Source: Mizuhopecten yessoensis
Taxonomy: Eukaryota
Assembly (NCBI RefSeq): GCF_002113885.1
Contig: NW_018403513.1
Coordinates: 1,216,726-1,280,725, forward strand
Length of the DNA stretch: 64,000 nt
Direction: 5' to 3'
Below the pieces are notes generated by a model. The model was not told the DNA's origin. It saw nothing but the letters and a program-made list of their open reading frames with translations, and made no database searches. The position numbers and the translations under genes are program-made. Below are positions 37,401 to 49,785 of the stretch, piece after piece (position 1 is the stretch's first letter; each line of letters begins with the position of its first letter).

Positions 37401-40400
37401 AGACATCCGGAAAGACGAGGTCACTGGTTGTTTCCATATACTTTCCGGATCAACTACTACACCAACCAACAAACTAGTCGATTATACCAGCACAACGTAG
37501 CCCTGCCCATCACAGCACTTCACCATCCTGCCCCTCCTCTGCCGAGCCCACTTGCCGCACACCCTTCGGCTACCGTAACGTTTCAATATACTGGTTCTGA
37601 CCTGCCCGCCCAGCCTACTATACCCTCCCTCAAACTATCTGGATCTACATACCGATGAGCGTAATAGAACGCGATTTCCTCTATAAGTATACAAAGGGCC
37701 ACGTCCCTAAGAAAATGTAAAGGGGCTGGAACCTTGAAGGACTGGTCGCACCCCCTCCACACTTGAAGATGATAGTACAGGAACATAAAGGGCAGGTGAA
37801 TCGCTAAAGAGTTGAAGGTTAACTGCTGAATTACTTTCTTGACGTCATCTCCGGTCACCTATTCAAATAGAAAAAACACGTATGTTGCTATCATCTGTGA
37901 CGTAATGAAGAAAGAAATTACAGTTTTCGAATGTTAAGATATGATCAGCAGATTTTTGTAAAAATACGGTTGGTCAGGCGTAAAATGATAACCATTCGTG
38001 AATTTTAAAATTTTATACCATGATATGATTGTTCCCCGATTGCCCCGATTGCCCTATCACTACGACGTAAAGACCCGAACAGTTTCCAGGTGGAAGATAG
38101 CAATCGATTTACATAAAGGTTCAATGTTAACTGGTTTTATTTGTTATTTTCATTGATCCGAGTATTGGTAAAATCTAGCTATATTTAGCCATTCATGGCA
38201 TTGCCACCACATCACCCGACCAAATCCATATGACTTTCGATAAGCAATGAATACCATGGCCAATTAAAGTCGCCATCATTATTATTATGTCATAATTGTA
38301 CCGTTGAATATTACTAGTTCCTCCGTGTAGATGTGTGTTATATTTGTTAAGATTGATTAAGATCACTTCTGTTTTAAGATTTTCTCGTGGTCGCGATTAC
38401 GAAACCAAAAACGCTGTTTAGTTTTCTGAAACGGCCCTTTGTCCAAGGGAAAAGGCGAAAAAAAAAATGCGGCCTTTCAAAATGTGTTAATATTGAGCAT
38501 TGAATTACTTTACGATGGCATTTACAGTTTCTATAAATGAATACTAGATATGACAAATACAACATGAAGACTTCAGCGTGCTTTGTGGAAATTAGCATTT
38601 CCATTTGGCAATTTTTACCAAAAATGTATGGGTTTTTTCAAATGTCATTGATCCGAAACGAATCGTTTCCTGTTTCAATTTGTTTGCAACCTAATCTTTA
38701 TATATAGACGGGTATAAATTAATAGCTTATTTATTATCAATTGTAAAAACAAATTACCTTAAAGTTTTGAGGTGGTTGTGTTTTGTACTTTAGCATCCAT
38801 ATTGGTTTTCCTGTCAAATCCGGAATCAAAAACAGTAAACCAGTCCCAAAATAGGCCACTGCTAAGGTGGTGCTGAGGACTGAAAAATGAAAGTTTATTT
38901 TAACCAGTGATGAATAAGATTGGATGCTTCGGGTTGCTTTAGTTTTTGCCCTTTCTCTTTGTCGCGGCAATGAAGCAAACTGTGCCGTTTTTTTTCTTCT
39001 GAAACGACACATTGTCGCAACGAAGGGAAAAACAACATCTTTTTCTTTTCTTGAACGGCTCTTTGACGCGGCGACGAAGAGAAACTGTTCCGTTTTGTTT
39101 TCTCAAACGACACATTGTCGCGGCGGCAATAAAGCCAAAAACGCTATTTTTTATGAAACGGTTCTTATCGCGGCGATGAAGCAACACTGTGCTATTTAAT
39201 TTCTGAAAAGACACATTGTCACGACAGCGAAGCGGAAAAAACGTCTTTTTATTTTTCTTGAACTGCCCGTTGACGCAGTGAAAAGGCGAAAAACAAACGA
39301 CCATAGAATATCCACACACAAATGTTCCCCTCACATATCAAGTCATTCCCATTTTTGCCAACGAGAAGATGACCTGTCTTTATTTACCTAAGGAAAGGCA
39401 TGTGATTTCGCCTGTATTTTTGGAACTTCAATACTTCATAATAGAAGCAAACGGCATTGTTTTTACGCTGTGTCAAGTCATTAATGTATTTTTTATGTTT
39501 GGTACAGTGGACTCAATATTGTTCACGGTAAAAATGTGGAGGAGCAAATTAATAATCAATCACTCCTCTGTGATGAAGACAGAGCAATGTTAAGCTTGGT
39601 GAAAAGATTTTTGAGGTTCAGCAAGAGGCTTTACCCTCAGACTGATATGTCGTTGTGTCCATCAAACGAAGTTTGGAATTTTTTATTTGCCTTATATGAC
39701 CACACTCATCCAACTGTAGTTTAGGAAGAATTTATTTTGTCTAATTTCTCAAGTGCATAGAAAATTGTCTTATTTAAATAATAATCTAAACCATGTCGTC
39801 GGACAATGACAATTTGTGACGTGATTTTAATTTGAACTACGATGTCATTTATTTCAATAATTATATTAACAGCTTAGCACAGGCGGAAACTCACTTGTAA
39901 CCAAGGAAATAAGAAATTACCAAACAATCAATTTTGATAAACTTTACATGCTTCACTAAGTAAACCTTTATTTTACATTTTTTCTAATTTTTTTGTAAAT
40001 CTCTTGATGATCTTGCACCTTATCTAGCAACTTAAACATTGCTATGTAGGTATTGGGATGATTTACTTCCGAGAGAATGTTGATAAATAAAAACTACTCG
40101 TTTTGAACATCTATTGTGATTTAATACTGTACGGGCCGATGAGAGAAAATTCTCCGATAACAGTTGTCTTATCATAGATATCACTTCAGCTTGAAGATAG
40201 ACGAAACGGATTGTCATTGTACAGTATGCAGTTGCTGTATTTCACTTGTTCACCAAGAATCATACGAGTTGCCTCCCTTTATCAGAAAGAAAATTCAATG
40301 GGTAACTGAGGAGATCGTTATAGAGAGACAGGTAGATATTTGCGAATCGATTCAAATATACATTTACTGCTGTTATAATACACACAAATTTATTTCGCGA

Positions 40401-40918
40401 AATGTCCCGAATTCACTATATTTGATATACCCCCCCCCCCCCTCCCCTCTAATGTCCACACGCCTCTACATACAGAGAATATTTACGACATCGGTTGACG
40501 TAGTTTTAATATTTTGAAATGCTAATAACTACTTTTAGAAAATTAATATATACATACATGTATATGCGCAATCACATCTTAATCGCAAAAAATATTGGCT
40601 GAATAAGGGTAAGTAAATCTCGCTGGTATAAATACGGTCAATGTATCTTGTTTACATTTAATGATAACAGTGACCGGACAGTTTGTAAATATTAATGCTC
40701 GTGAAAACTAAGTTATCGTGTATGGACTTAGTCCTTATGTTAAAACAACCCTGACCTTGTGACAAAGACGTCGGCCCGACATTTAAATACCCACACTGCC
40801 ACGCCCTCATCGTTCTCAAAGTTTCAACACATTCTGCTTTACCTGTTGTATTCCGAAACCACTCCGACTTAAAGAAATCAACCAGTCCCGAGATATCCGC
40901 CATTTTGTCAGTCAACAT
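34322..40918 (-). CDS. FAXDC2: Fatty acid hydroxylase domain-containing protein 2-like (sterol desaturase/ERG25 family); 5 exons, ~267 aa
   Basis: Exons (-) 40918-40843, 38879-38758, 37858-37653, 35908-35636, 34448-34322 join in frame with GT-AG sites. His boxes YYAHRILH, HKVHH, IHHSGY, FHDYHH; motifs [41 protein letters not shown] match FAXDC2 as I recall it. Start may be ATG 40918 or the better-Kozak ATG at 40903. Confidence 0.9.
35636..35908 (-). CDS. FAXDC2-like exon 4
   Basis: [21 protein letters not shown]...[21 protein letters not shown]. Confidence 0.95.
36095..36712. repeat. 12/24-bp C-rich minisatellite (CCCTGCTACCAACCCAATTACCGA) in FAXDC2 intron 3
   Basis: ~25 24-bp units, strongly strand-skewed. 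Confidence 0.95.
37071..37297. repeat. 38-bp tandem repeat, 6 copies
   Basis: AACTWATCGTTAATCCTTCAACCACCATCTTTACACGG at 37071, 37109, 37147, 37185, 37223, 37261. Confidence 0.95.
37653..37858 (-). CDS. FAXDC2-like exon 3
   Basis: [16 protein letters not shown]...[11 protein letters not shown]. Confidence 0.92.
38758..38879 (-). CDS. FAXDC2-like exon 2
   Basis: [41 protein letters not shown]. Confidence 0.9.
38930..39300. repeat. Degenerate ~51/102-bp tandem repeat (GTCGCGGCGAYGAAG core); related piece at ~38380-38475
   Basis: acacattgtc recurs at ~39007, 39109, 39211. Confidence 0.7.
40843..40918 (-). CDS. FAXDC2-like exon 1 (probable)
   Basis: [25 protein letters not shown], donor ag|gtaaag, phase 1, compatible with exon 2; no strong homology, so less certain. 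Confidence 0.65.
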
Positions 40919-41155
40919 GAAGTGTATGGTGATAAGCTTTTGTTAGATTGTTAAACCTTTAAACTTCCGATAAAGCTCTATCTCGCTTCAAGAAATATAT
41001 CGTCAACATCTGCATCCCTAAATTGTTTCTTAATTAAGGTAAACATACATATGTAAGATTGCAACATTTAATGTACACCTTCTGTCGCAAGTTGGCATTG
41101 TTCGTGTTTCATTTTCGAAATTAAAGTGTCCCGCTCTCTATATTATCTGCAATCT

Positions 41156-41378
41156 TTTTTTTTTTTTTATTTTTTTTTTTTTTACGTCCTACTAGATTCT
41201 ATGGTCATTAAAGACATCCCAGGTTTTGGTGATGAAGGGAAGCCGGAGTACCCAGAGAAAACCACCGACCTGCGACCAGTACCTGGCGACTGTCCCACTT
41301 GGGTCTCGAACCCGCGACCCAGTGGTGGAGGGCTAGTGAAGTAGAATGTCAGACGCTTTAACCACCCGGCACTGCCGT
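41156..41378 (-). mobile_element. tRNA-derived V-type SINE
   Basis: Minus strand: ...ggtggttaaagcg (A box), ggttcgagaccc (B box), ggttttctctgggtactccggcttccc (V-domain-like), tail ...taggacgtaaaa + polyA. Confidence 0.75.
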
Positions 41379-41599
41379 CTTGGAGTTTCTCATTAACTTA
41401 TTGTACGATGCTTTAATAAAAGATAAAAAATAATAATCGTGGGACATGGTAGCAGTAAGATTAACCGCTTATGATCTCTCTGAGTAGCTCTTTGATATTC
41501 TTCAAAAGTAAGGTACCGCTGTCAATAGCCTTGCGATGAGTTATTTTCAAAAGTCCTGTATCAATCCAGGGGATCAAGAGTAGAAGACAGTAACGCTGA

Positions 41600-43050
41600 T
41601 ATTCCGATTATCGACCCAAAAACTGACAAACAAATTAGTTCATTTAGATTAAATTCAACTGAAATACGTATTGTTCTACAGATATTGAAGCTCGGCAAGG
41701 CCTCGAGTAGGGACGGAATCAGCTACCATATGCTTAGAAATACTGCTCACACTATTTGTACTCCGCTCGAAATAATGTCTGTCTTTATTAACAGGGATTT
41801 ATCCAAATAAAAGGAAATTACCCAAAATCATGCCATTGTTTAAAAATGGTGGAAGACATTCTCCTTCGAACTATAGGCCAATTTCTTTGCTGTCCACTTT
41901 TGTTAAAGTTTTTGAAAGAGTAATTTCTAAACTGCTTTATGGAAAAGTCTTTGTTTTACAAACATCAGTCTGGTTTTATGCATGGTCATTCTACAGTGTA
42001 TCAACTCATTGATATTTATCACCAAATATGTATTGCACCTGAGGAAAGTTAGGAAACATACATGTGTTGTATTCTGTGACATATCCAAAGCTTTTGATAT
42101 GGTTTGGCATAGAGGTCTTATGGTGAAGTTAAAATCGTACGGAATTTCATGTTAATTGCTGATATGGTTAGTAATTATTTGTCTCAGAGACATCAGAAGT
42201 ATTTTTTTAAATAGTTCATAGTCTTCCTTTGAGGTAGGAGTTCCACAAGTCAATTCTTGGACCACTTTTATATTTTATGTTTATTTATGCCATAACAGGT
42301 ATTTCGAATCAACGTCTCGTCTTTTTGCAGACGATACATCCTTATCAAAGTCATCATCATCCTGTCTAGAAATTCAAAAACTTTAAATAGAGAAATAGAT
42401 AGCCTTGATACTTCGTAAAAAAACCTGATTGATTAATTTTCATCCTGAAAAACCCAGATGTATTGTTTATTTCTAATTCCATTGAGTTAGACTTAGAATT
42501 GTATTGGAAAGTCCTAAACTTTACAGATTGTCATAAACATTTAGGGGTAACTTTTAATTCATGTCAATGGGATTTACACTTCTGTTATAAAAATATATTA
42601 ATGTCTTAATTACGGAAACTGAAAAACTTATTAAGTAGTGATGCTCCTTTGATGATTTACAAGACTTTTATTTTACCAGTTTTAGAATATGCTTGTGAAT
42701 TGTGTGAATAAACTACATTTGAATAAGAAAAGTTAGAAAAAGTCCTATGTGACCATCCAACATTATATTATGACTTCCTTCATATACCCTTATTATTACT
42801 GTATAATACAAACCTGGTCTGTACTCTTTATCTAATGGCAGAAAACGAAAGAAACCTTTCAGACTGTCTCTGACCATACTTAAGAATTCCTCCTTTCAGA
42901 CTCTCTCTGACTAACTCTTCATGTATACCTTCTACTCTTCATTTTTGTTAGAATATTATAACTTAGAAAATTCGGTTCGATCCCTGCCCACTATAAATTC
43001 ATTCAAATCTTGTTTAACACAAATATACAGTCAAGTCCACCTATTTACGC
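41600..43050 (+). mobile_element. Degenerate CR1-clade LINE, reverse transcriptase fragment
   Basis: Frameshifted motifs LKLGKAS, MPLFKNG..SNYRPISLLS, QSGF, FCDISKAFD.VWH.GL, GVPQ.SILGPL, LFADDTSL. Confidence 0.88.
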
Positions 43051-43632
43051 AATACATGTATTTGTTAAACTCTATCTCACCTTAAAGGTTCAATTAAGTC
43101 GGTAGGCCCATTTTAATTAATTTCCATCACTTTAGCTCACTTAGTCTAAAGGAGCCCACACTTCGAGTTCACTCTTCGTTTCAATGATCTTGATAATTTT
43201 GTGAAATGTTACCTTTGACAACTTTTACATCCACATTGTTTAATTGTGTGCTGGGACAGTGAATAAAACAACATGGTCAGCTTGCTATAAACATGTATTA
43301 TGGTGTGTTCAACTCTAAACATAATCCGCTGGCTTTGTGTGAAAATATGACTACAAACTAATACGACGAAACAACGTGATGTTATTGTTGTTTTAATGCG
43401 TCAGTACTAGTATTAAATCATTTCCCGACTCGGCTAGTACTACTGTCCCTCCAGATTCCAGAGTCGAGCCATCATAAAATAAGATCACAGGGGTGACTTC
43501 CCCTGTTTTCATTACGACGTGATCACGGAGACCTCCATTGGTAACTTACATCTTATAAATAAATACATAAAAACAAAAATCAAACAAATAAAGAAAATCT
43601 TGCTTTAGCAAGCTTTGCAATGTTCATTAAAG

Positions 43633-44304
43633 CTATCGACTGGGGTCGGTGAATGTCCCAGAATTCCCTATTATATAAATGTTTACGGTGTTACTATCGA
43701 CTGGGGTCGGTGAATGTCCCAGAATTCCCTATTATATAAATGTTTACGGTGTTACTATCGACTGGGGTCGGTGAATGTCCCAGAATTCCCTATTATATAA
43801 ATGTTTACGGTGTTACTATCGACTGGGGTCGGTGAATGTCCCAGAATTCCCTATTATATAAATGTTTACGGTGTTACTATCGACTGGGGTCGGTGAATGT
43901 CCCAGAATTCCCTATTATATAAATGTTTACGGTGTTACTATCGACTGGGGTCGGTGAATGTCCCAGAATTCCCTATTATATAAATGTTTACGGTGTTACT
44001 ATCGACTGGGGTCGGTGAATGTCCCAGAATTCCCTATTATATAAATGTTTACGGTGTTACTATCGACTGGGGTCGGTGAATGTCCCAGAATTCCCTATTA
44101 TATAAATGTTTACGGTGTTACTATCGACTGGGGTCGGTGAATGTCCCAGAATTCCCTATTATATAAATGTTTACGGTGTTACTATCGACTGGGGTCGGTG
44201 AATGTCCCAGAATTCCCTATTATATAAATGTTTACGGGGTTACTATCGACTGGGGTCGGTGAATGTCCCAGATTTCCCTATTATATAAATGTTTACGGTG
44301 TTAC
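43633..44304. repeat. 61-bp near-perfect tandem array, 11 copies
   Basis: CTATCGACTGGGGTCGGTGAATGTCCCAGAATTCCCTATTATATAAATGTTTACGGTGTTA; only single substitutions in copies 10 and 11. Confidence 0.98.
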
Positions 44305-44399
44305 GATCACCGTACCCGATATTTCCAAATGTTTTAAAAATACAAACTTTCTTGTTCAGAAATGAATTATATATATATGCAACAATTTCATACAAATCA

Positions 44400-44830
44400 T
44401 GGTGTTAATGGACGGTGTTACTTGTAATTCGCTCAGTTATGAGTTTAAGAAATTTTTCAAGTGAAATTAATTCTTCGTTAGTGACAAAATTAAACAATGT
44501 GTTAAACCTGAAAGTAATAGGTATTTCAAAATGATATCTTGACATACATTTTCTTCTGTGTTGCGGTATTTGGTCATCATTACAATTAAACAAAGAATGA
44601 TATTAGTCTCCGATTTCATTTACGTCGCAAAGAATAGATTTTCTATCTTATCTTGAAATGTTATTCCATCTATCACATTCAATTGGATACAATACACATT
44701 TGCTTGGAGGGGGATCTAGCAGGTATTTTTCTAATACTAACTCATGCTTATAGATTCTGTAATTGGTCCAAGTATAGGTGAATTGAAAGCATCGGTTCTA
44801 TAATACTTCTATAACAGTATATAATACTAA
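44400..44830 (-). mobile_element. 3' end relic of a non-LTR retrotransposon (C-terminal CCHC region, RTE-X-like)
   Basis: Minus-strand translation PIECDRWNNISR*DRK...LCDVNEIGD*YHSLFNC...RRKCMSRY...P resembles the LPIETGRW...C..C...EIGDEFH...C C-terminus of RTE-X-type LINEs (from memory). Confidence 0.6.
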
Positions 44831-45394
44831 CTGATAATATATGTATATACATTTTTATTACAGTGTCACATGTTAATGCATGCATCAAACAGATACATTT
44901 CACAAACTCGGGTAAAACCATCCTAACACCCAGTCATTACGGACTTATGAGGCACTTAAAAGCAATTTTAAATTGGTTATCACACTTAGTTTACGTAAAA
45001 TACATGCATCAAAAAGCATATATATATATATATATAACTATTCAGAGGTTGTATATACAAATATGTCTCCCTAATAATTGAGATACGGGTTTGTACAATA
45101 ATGATACTTACACAGTGTGCCCACAGGCGTTACCGCACGAGTAGCGTGACACGAATTAGTTAATTGGGCAGTGAATTCGCATGGATAAGACAGACCTATG
45201 GTAACTGTTTACCCGCATTACAGCTATATGTATGTACAGACATAAAGCCCATTTTTATAGGAATTTAAAAAGACTTCGCAAGAACTGTTTTTTTTTATCG
45301 CCAAATTGATGTTATTTTCGCATTTTGCGCTATTGGCAACCGCTGGTGTGAACCCAGTTAAGTATCGAATAACTAATATACCGTTGATTAAATA

Positions 45395-45639
45395 GGAGGC
45401 ACGTTAGTGTAATGGTAGGACGTCGGGCTCGTGACCAAAGGGCTGCGGGTTCGAGTCACGTCACGGAACTGTGTTGTAGCTTTGAATAAGATACTTTACT
45501 CCGCTTGTTCCAGTCTACTCAGCTGTAAGTGAGTACGTGGTTGGGCAGTGCTCACATTGTTCAGTGCTAGCTGTGAGCGCCGAAATGGCAGCACCGGCTG
45601 TATGCTAAAGCGGTATATAAGAACCTCAAATTATTATTA
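45395..45639 (+). mobile_element. CORE-like SINE copy (internal 3' deletion)
   Basis: Colinear with 15989-16327. Confidence 0.8.
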
Positions 45640-45689
45640 GTTTAAGAATAATAAGACATTAAGATTACATAACCACACATGTGACTATG

Positions 45690-46822
45690 AGTCCTAATGA
45701 TACACCTTAAATGACCCCTGAATTAAGAAAACAATAAAAATTAGAGATAAGTTGCATAAAATGTCGAGGTCAACCAAACATCTTTCGGACATCAACAAAT
45801 TAAAATCTCAACGGAATAAGGTCAATAACATCAAAAAGTAGGCCAGTGAATTATTCAATGAAAGTGTTCATGGTATTATTGAAGAGTATTCCTCCTATGA
45901 TCCAACAGCTTATTGGAGACTCATCAAAAGATTAATACAATCGTCTGGTACTACACAATCTATACCTACTCTTGTAGATCCTGTTTCTGACAATGTGGTC
46001 TTTGGTGACGAAGACAAAGCTAATATATTAAATGACTATGATTTGCAATAAAACTCGTGTATATGACATGAAAGCTGCGGTTCCTTTCATTGAGTCAAAA
46101 ACTGACCAGAGTCTTAGGTACATTAGAATCAATAATAATGAAATACGAGATATTTTACAGATATTGAAGCTTGGTAAGGCCTCGGGTGAGGATGGAATCA
46201 GTCACCATATGCTACGAAACATATCAGAAACCGTTTGTGTTCCCTTTGAAATCATTTTTAATATGTCTTTATCGTCTGGTGTTTACCCGAACTCTTGGAG
46301 CACAGGCAATGGTATGCCTCTGTTTAAAAAAGGTGGCAGGCATTCTCCCTGTAATTACAGGCCATTTTTTTGTCATCTAGATCTATGGTCGGAATAGTGT
46401 TTAAGAGAGTAATTTTCAAATACTTGCATAATTAATTTATTGAAAATTCATTTTGTTATAAGCACCAGTCTGATTTTTTGCCAGGTCATTTTACTGTATA
46501 TATCAACTCATTGAAATTTATTATAACATTTGTATTGCTCTAGATGAAAAAAAACTATATGTGTGGTATTCTGCGATATTTCTCAAGCTTTTGATCGGGT
46601 TTGGCATAAGGGTTTGATGATTAATTAAAAATCCTAAGGAATTTCAGGATAATTTTATCAATGGTACGAAACTTACCTATTGCAGTGGCACTAGATAGTC
46701 TTTTTGAATAATTCTTTCTCTCACTGAGTTTTTTTTTTTTTTTATTCAAGCAGGTGTTCCCCGGGGTTCGATTCTTGGACCTCATTTGTTTCTTATTTAT
46801 ATAAATGAAATTGCTGATGTTT
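45690..46822 (+). mobile_element. Second degenerate CR1-clade LINE RT fragment, same family
   Basis: LQILKLGKASGEDGISHHML, PLFKKG..NYRP, FCDISQAFDRVWHKGL, GVPRGSILGP; truncated before the YADD box. Confidence 0.88.
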
Positions 46823-47049
46823 GTAAATTAAATTAAAGAATGAGTGTCTGTAAGGCCCTTTTTGGGGCCCCGGTATATCTGGATTTTGTCCTACTTAATT
46901 TGTTCAAAGATGTCCTATTGTATGACATGCTCAAAAACCGAGGTAAATGTTTGACCGAAAGTTTTTGGGGATACCAAAAGGGATAGGGTAAACCATACAT
47001 ATAATTTGCTGTTTTCAAAATGAGCTTTAAAACCAAAATAGTCAAGTAC

Positions 47050-49785
47050 ATCATAAACCGTGATTGCCTTTTCTGGTTGTCCATCAGGAAACACGTCCAC
47101 TAGGGGAGTGTTAGCGCAAGACCTGCCACCAATTCCTTCTCCACAAACTATGGTGCACCTGGCGTTCACACCTTGGACTTGCTCCCCACCTTGAGGTGTC
47201 CCTCCCGAATGGATTGGCTCCCTTTGCTCGCTATCTAGAGACTGGTGTAGTCCAGTAGGATGTTTCTTGTTGCCACATTCTTTACATTTAATAGCAGCGT
47301 TAAAATTCCTGGCCATGTAATTATCTACGTTGCAGCACTTAAAGCATATCATGTGTGCCTTCAACAGTTGTTCACTCTCACTGACTGGCCTTTTCCTAAA
47401 GTCTCTGCACTTATTGCTAGAATGTTAGCTAGAGCTGTGTATGAGACACGACCTTACGTTCACGTCCTTCCCTCTGTCCTCTGAATTCACATCGGTCTTT
47501 CTCGCCACCATTGGTCGGTTCGTCCTTACAGAGACTTTAATATCTTCTCTCGGTAAATTCTGGTTTTCTAAAGCAAAGCTCGGATCATTCAATGTAGTGC
47601 TATTTTCTCTGATGAATAACAAAAATGGAGGAGATGTGACCTGGTTTGTACTCTTTTATCTTGAAGCATGAACCACCTACTTCTTCTGAAGATGAAAAGG
47701 GAGTTTCGCCACCACTGGATTCACTCCGGAGGATGTGTCATAAAATGACAGGAGTGCTCGATACCTTTCATCTTCCTTCACACTCTCAGACAGAATGTCT
47801 CCAAGGTCATATAATCGTTTCGTGTCCTTTTGTGAAATATGTGGAAAAACATTGATTTTCTTACGTATTGCATTCTCAACAAGCTCTGGGGCTCAATATC
47901 TTTCATCTAATCTCGCCCATATTTTCTGCAGACCGTTAGCAGTATTAGCTCCCTCATACTGATGCCTTGCTTCGTGGATTTTGGTCCTAACCAGTTAGTC
48001 AACAAAGCTAACTCCTCCTGTGGGTTGCCATTCAATTCAGAAACAGTTTTGAAGGATGAATTCCAAACGCTATAGGTCGCTGGATCTTCCTGTAAATTTA
48101 GTAAATCGAGATTAAATGAGCTCAGAGACGTCATTGAATGCTGTAGCTGCCGGCTCCAAAGAGTTAGCAACGGCTTGAGGAGAAACTGGGTAAGTAGGTT
48201 GTGGTTCTGACTCCTGGTTAGCAACAGTATCAGGAGAAACTGTGTAAATCGGATGTTGTCCTTATTCTTCATGATCATCATTGGGAGAAGGACTCGAGTG
48301 AGAGGCAACATATGCGTTTGTCCTCTCGTATGAACTCTCTAATTCTCTAGGACCTTCGTGATACACAACATTTGTCCAGGGGTTGGAAGTCTTGGTATGC
48401 CTCAGTTTCTGCTTCATCCTCGGCACAAATCCACTCCTCCTTCAAGATGGCAAGGTCAACTTCGAGTTCTTGGCACTTGCGCTGTGTCTTTGCCTGATCC
48501 ATTGGCTCCTGTTCTGTTAACTCTGCCTGTTGTTTAGCATGGCTTCCTTCTGAATGAACTCCCGAGCCGCCGTTGTCTTCTAAACCATGGCTCTTGCTCG
48601 CAATGCTTCGGAGCATGAGCGTGACAAATGACCTGACCTTCGACTTGACCGGCGTGATCGCTGTGCCTGCGAGACCTTCTCTGTGAGGGATTCAGGTCTA
48701 GCATCCACCTGCTTGAGGATGCTTTGGACCATTTCATTACACTTGTCATCCTCTCTCATGAAGGTAGATAATACTCAAATACATTCTCATGTACTGTCCT
48801 CTGTATAATTGGCATGAAGGTAGTCGACGTAGTCTTGGATGGTGAATATGTATTTCCCGTAAGTGAGGCGTAACTGTATATTAGCCTTATTAAGGGTGTA
48901 TAAGGTGTCGTCGCATAAACTAACAGTGTTCATGCATTCATATATATCTTGCCAGCTGGCTCTGATCAGGGTCTGATGTTTCTCAAATTGTTGAACGTAG
49001 TTTTTTCTGGCCTTAGACGTTAGAGTCCTTACTCTTGGTTGTCATTGGGGTGTAGGGGGTCACCTTCCAGCTGAACTCCTCTAACATCAGCTATGCTGTT
49101 GGGATTGGTTAACATTATATTTAGATCTTACCTCAAATGTCGAGTTCATACTGGTCAACTTGGAGTCTCAGCTTCTTACTGTTCCGACACTCATCCAGGA
49201 ATGATGACAGACAGATAACGGGTTGGTGATGAAAGTTTTATTCGTTTTCAACAAAACACCGTAAGAACTACAACATACAGAAATACAGGACGCTCACACA
49301 TTGGAAATGCACAAAATAACAAGATTAAACATCATTTGATATTGGAATTATTATGCAAAAAACGATTAGAGGTAAAGCTGACAAAATATCCTGTCAATAA
49401 ACATGCACAATCCAAATTGAGTGCATTACCACATAGCATAGTATGATTTGTTATGTTATAATTGAATGATATATGATAGTATGCTAAAATACCATTGATA
49501 AATATTCTTACATCGATTTAAATCAACTGTATAGACTTCTGTTATTATCGATACTGTAAATTCCCTTTAATTATAAAAATAATGCAAGGAAATTATGCAA
49601 ATACAATCTAATTATTTAATCATAGCGCCAATATGCCCTCGTTTACTGACCAATAGGATCCACCAACAAAATCTGAAATTATTCCTTTTTTTTAATGATA
49701 GAACAATCTATTACAATTTAATTCAGAGGAATTAACAGTATTTATGAACTTACCCTGTGGCGAAACCAAGTCCGAACCCGTTACA
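47050..49785 (-). mobile_element. Degenerate BEL/Pao LTR retrotransposon: LTR plus gag, truncated before protease
   Basis: RVRTLTSKA gag start; DUF1759-like DPATYSVWNSSFK...EELALLTNWLG; knuckles CFKCC...MARN and CKECGNKKHPTGLH; LTR 3' edge ...GGAACA|GTAAG at 49180 with AATAAA ~55 nt upstream; LTR 5' edge uncertain. Confidence 0.8.

Noticed and set aside
43633-44304. Possible CRISPR array
   Set aside because: Head-to-tail identical units with no unique spacers; eukaryotic context with no cas genes. The same applies to the 60-, 46- and 38-bp arrays
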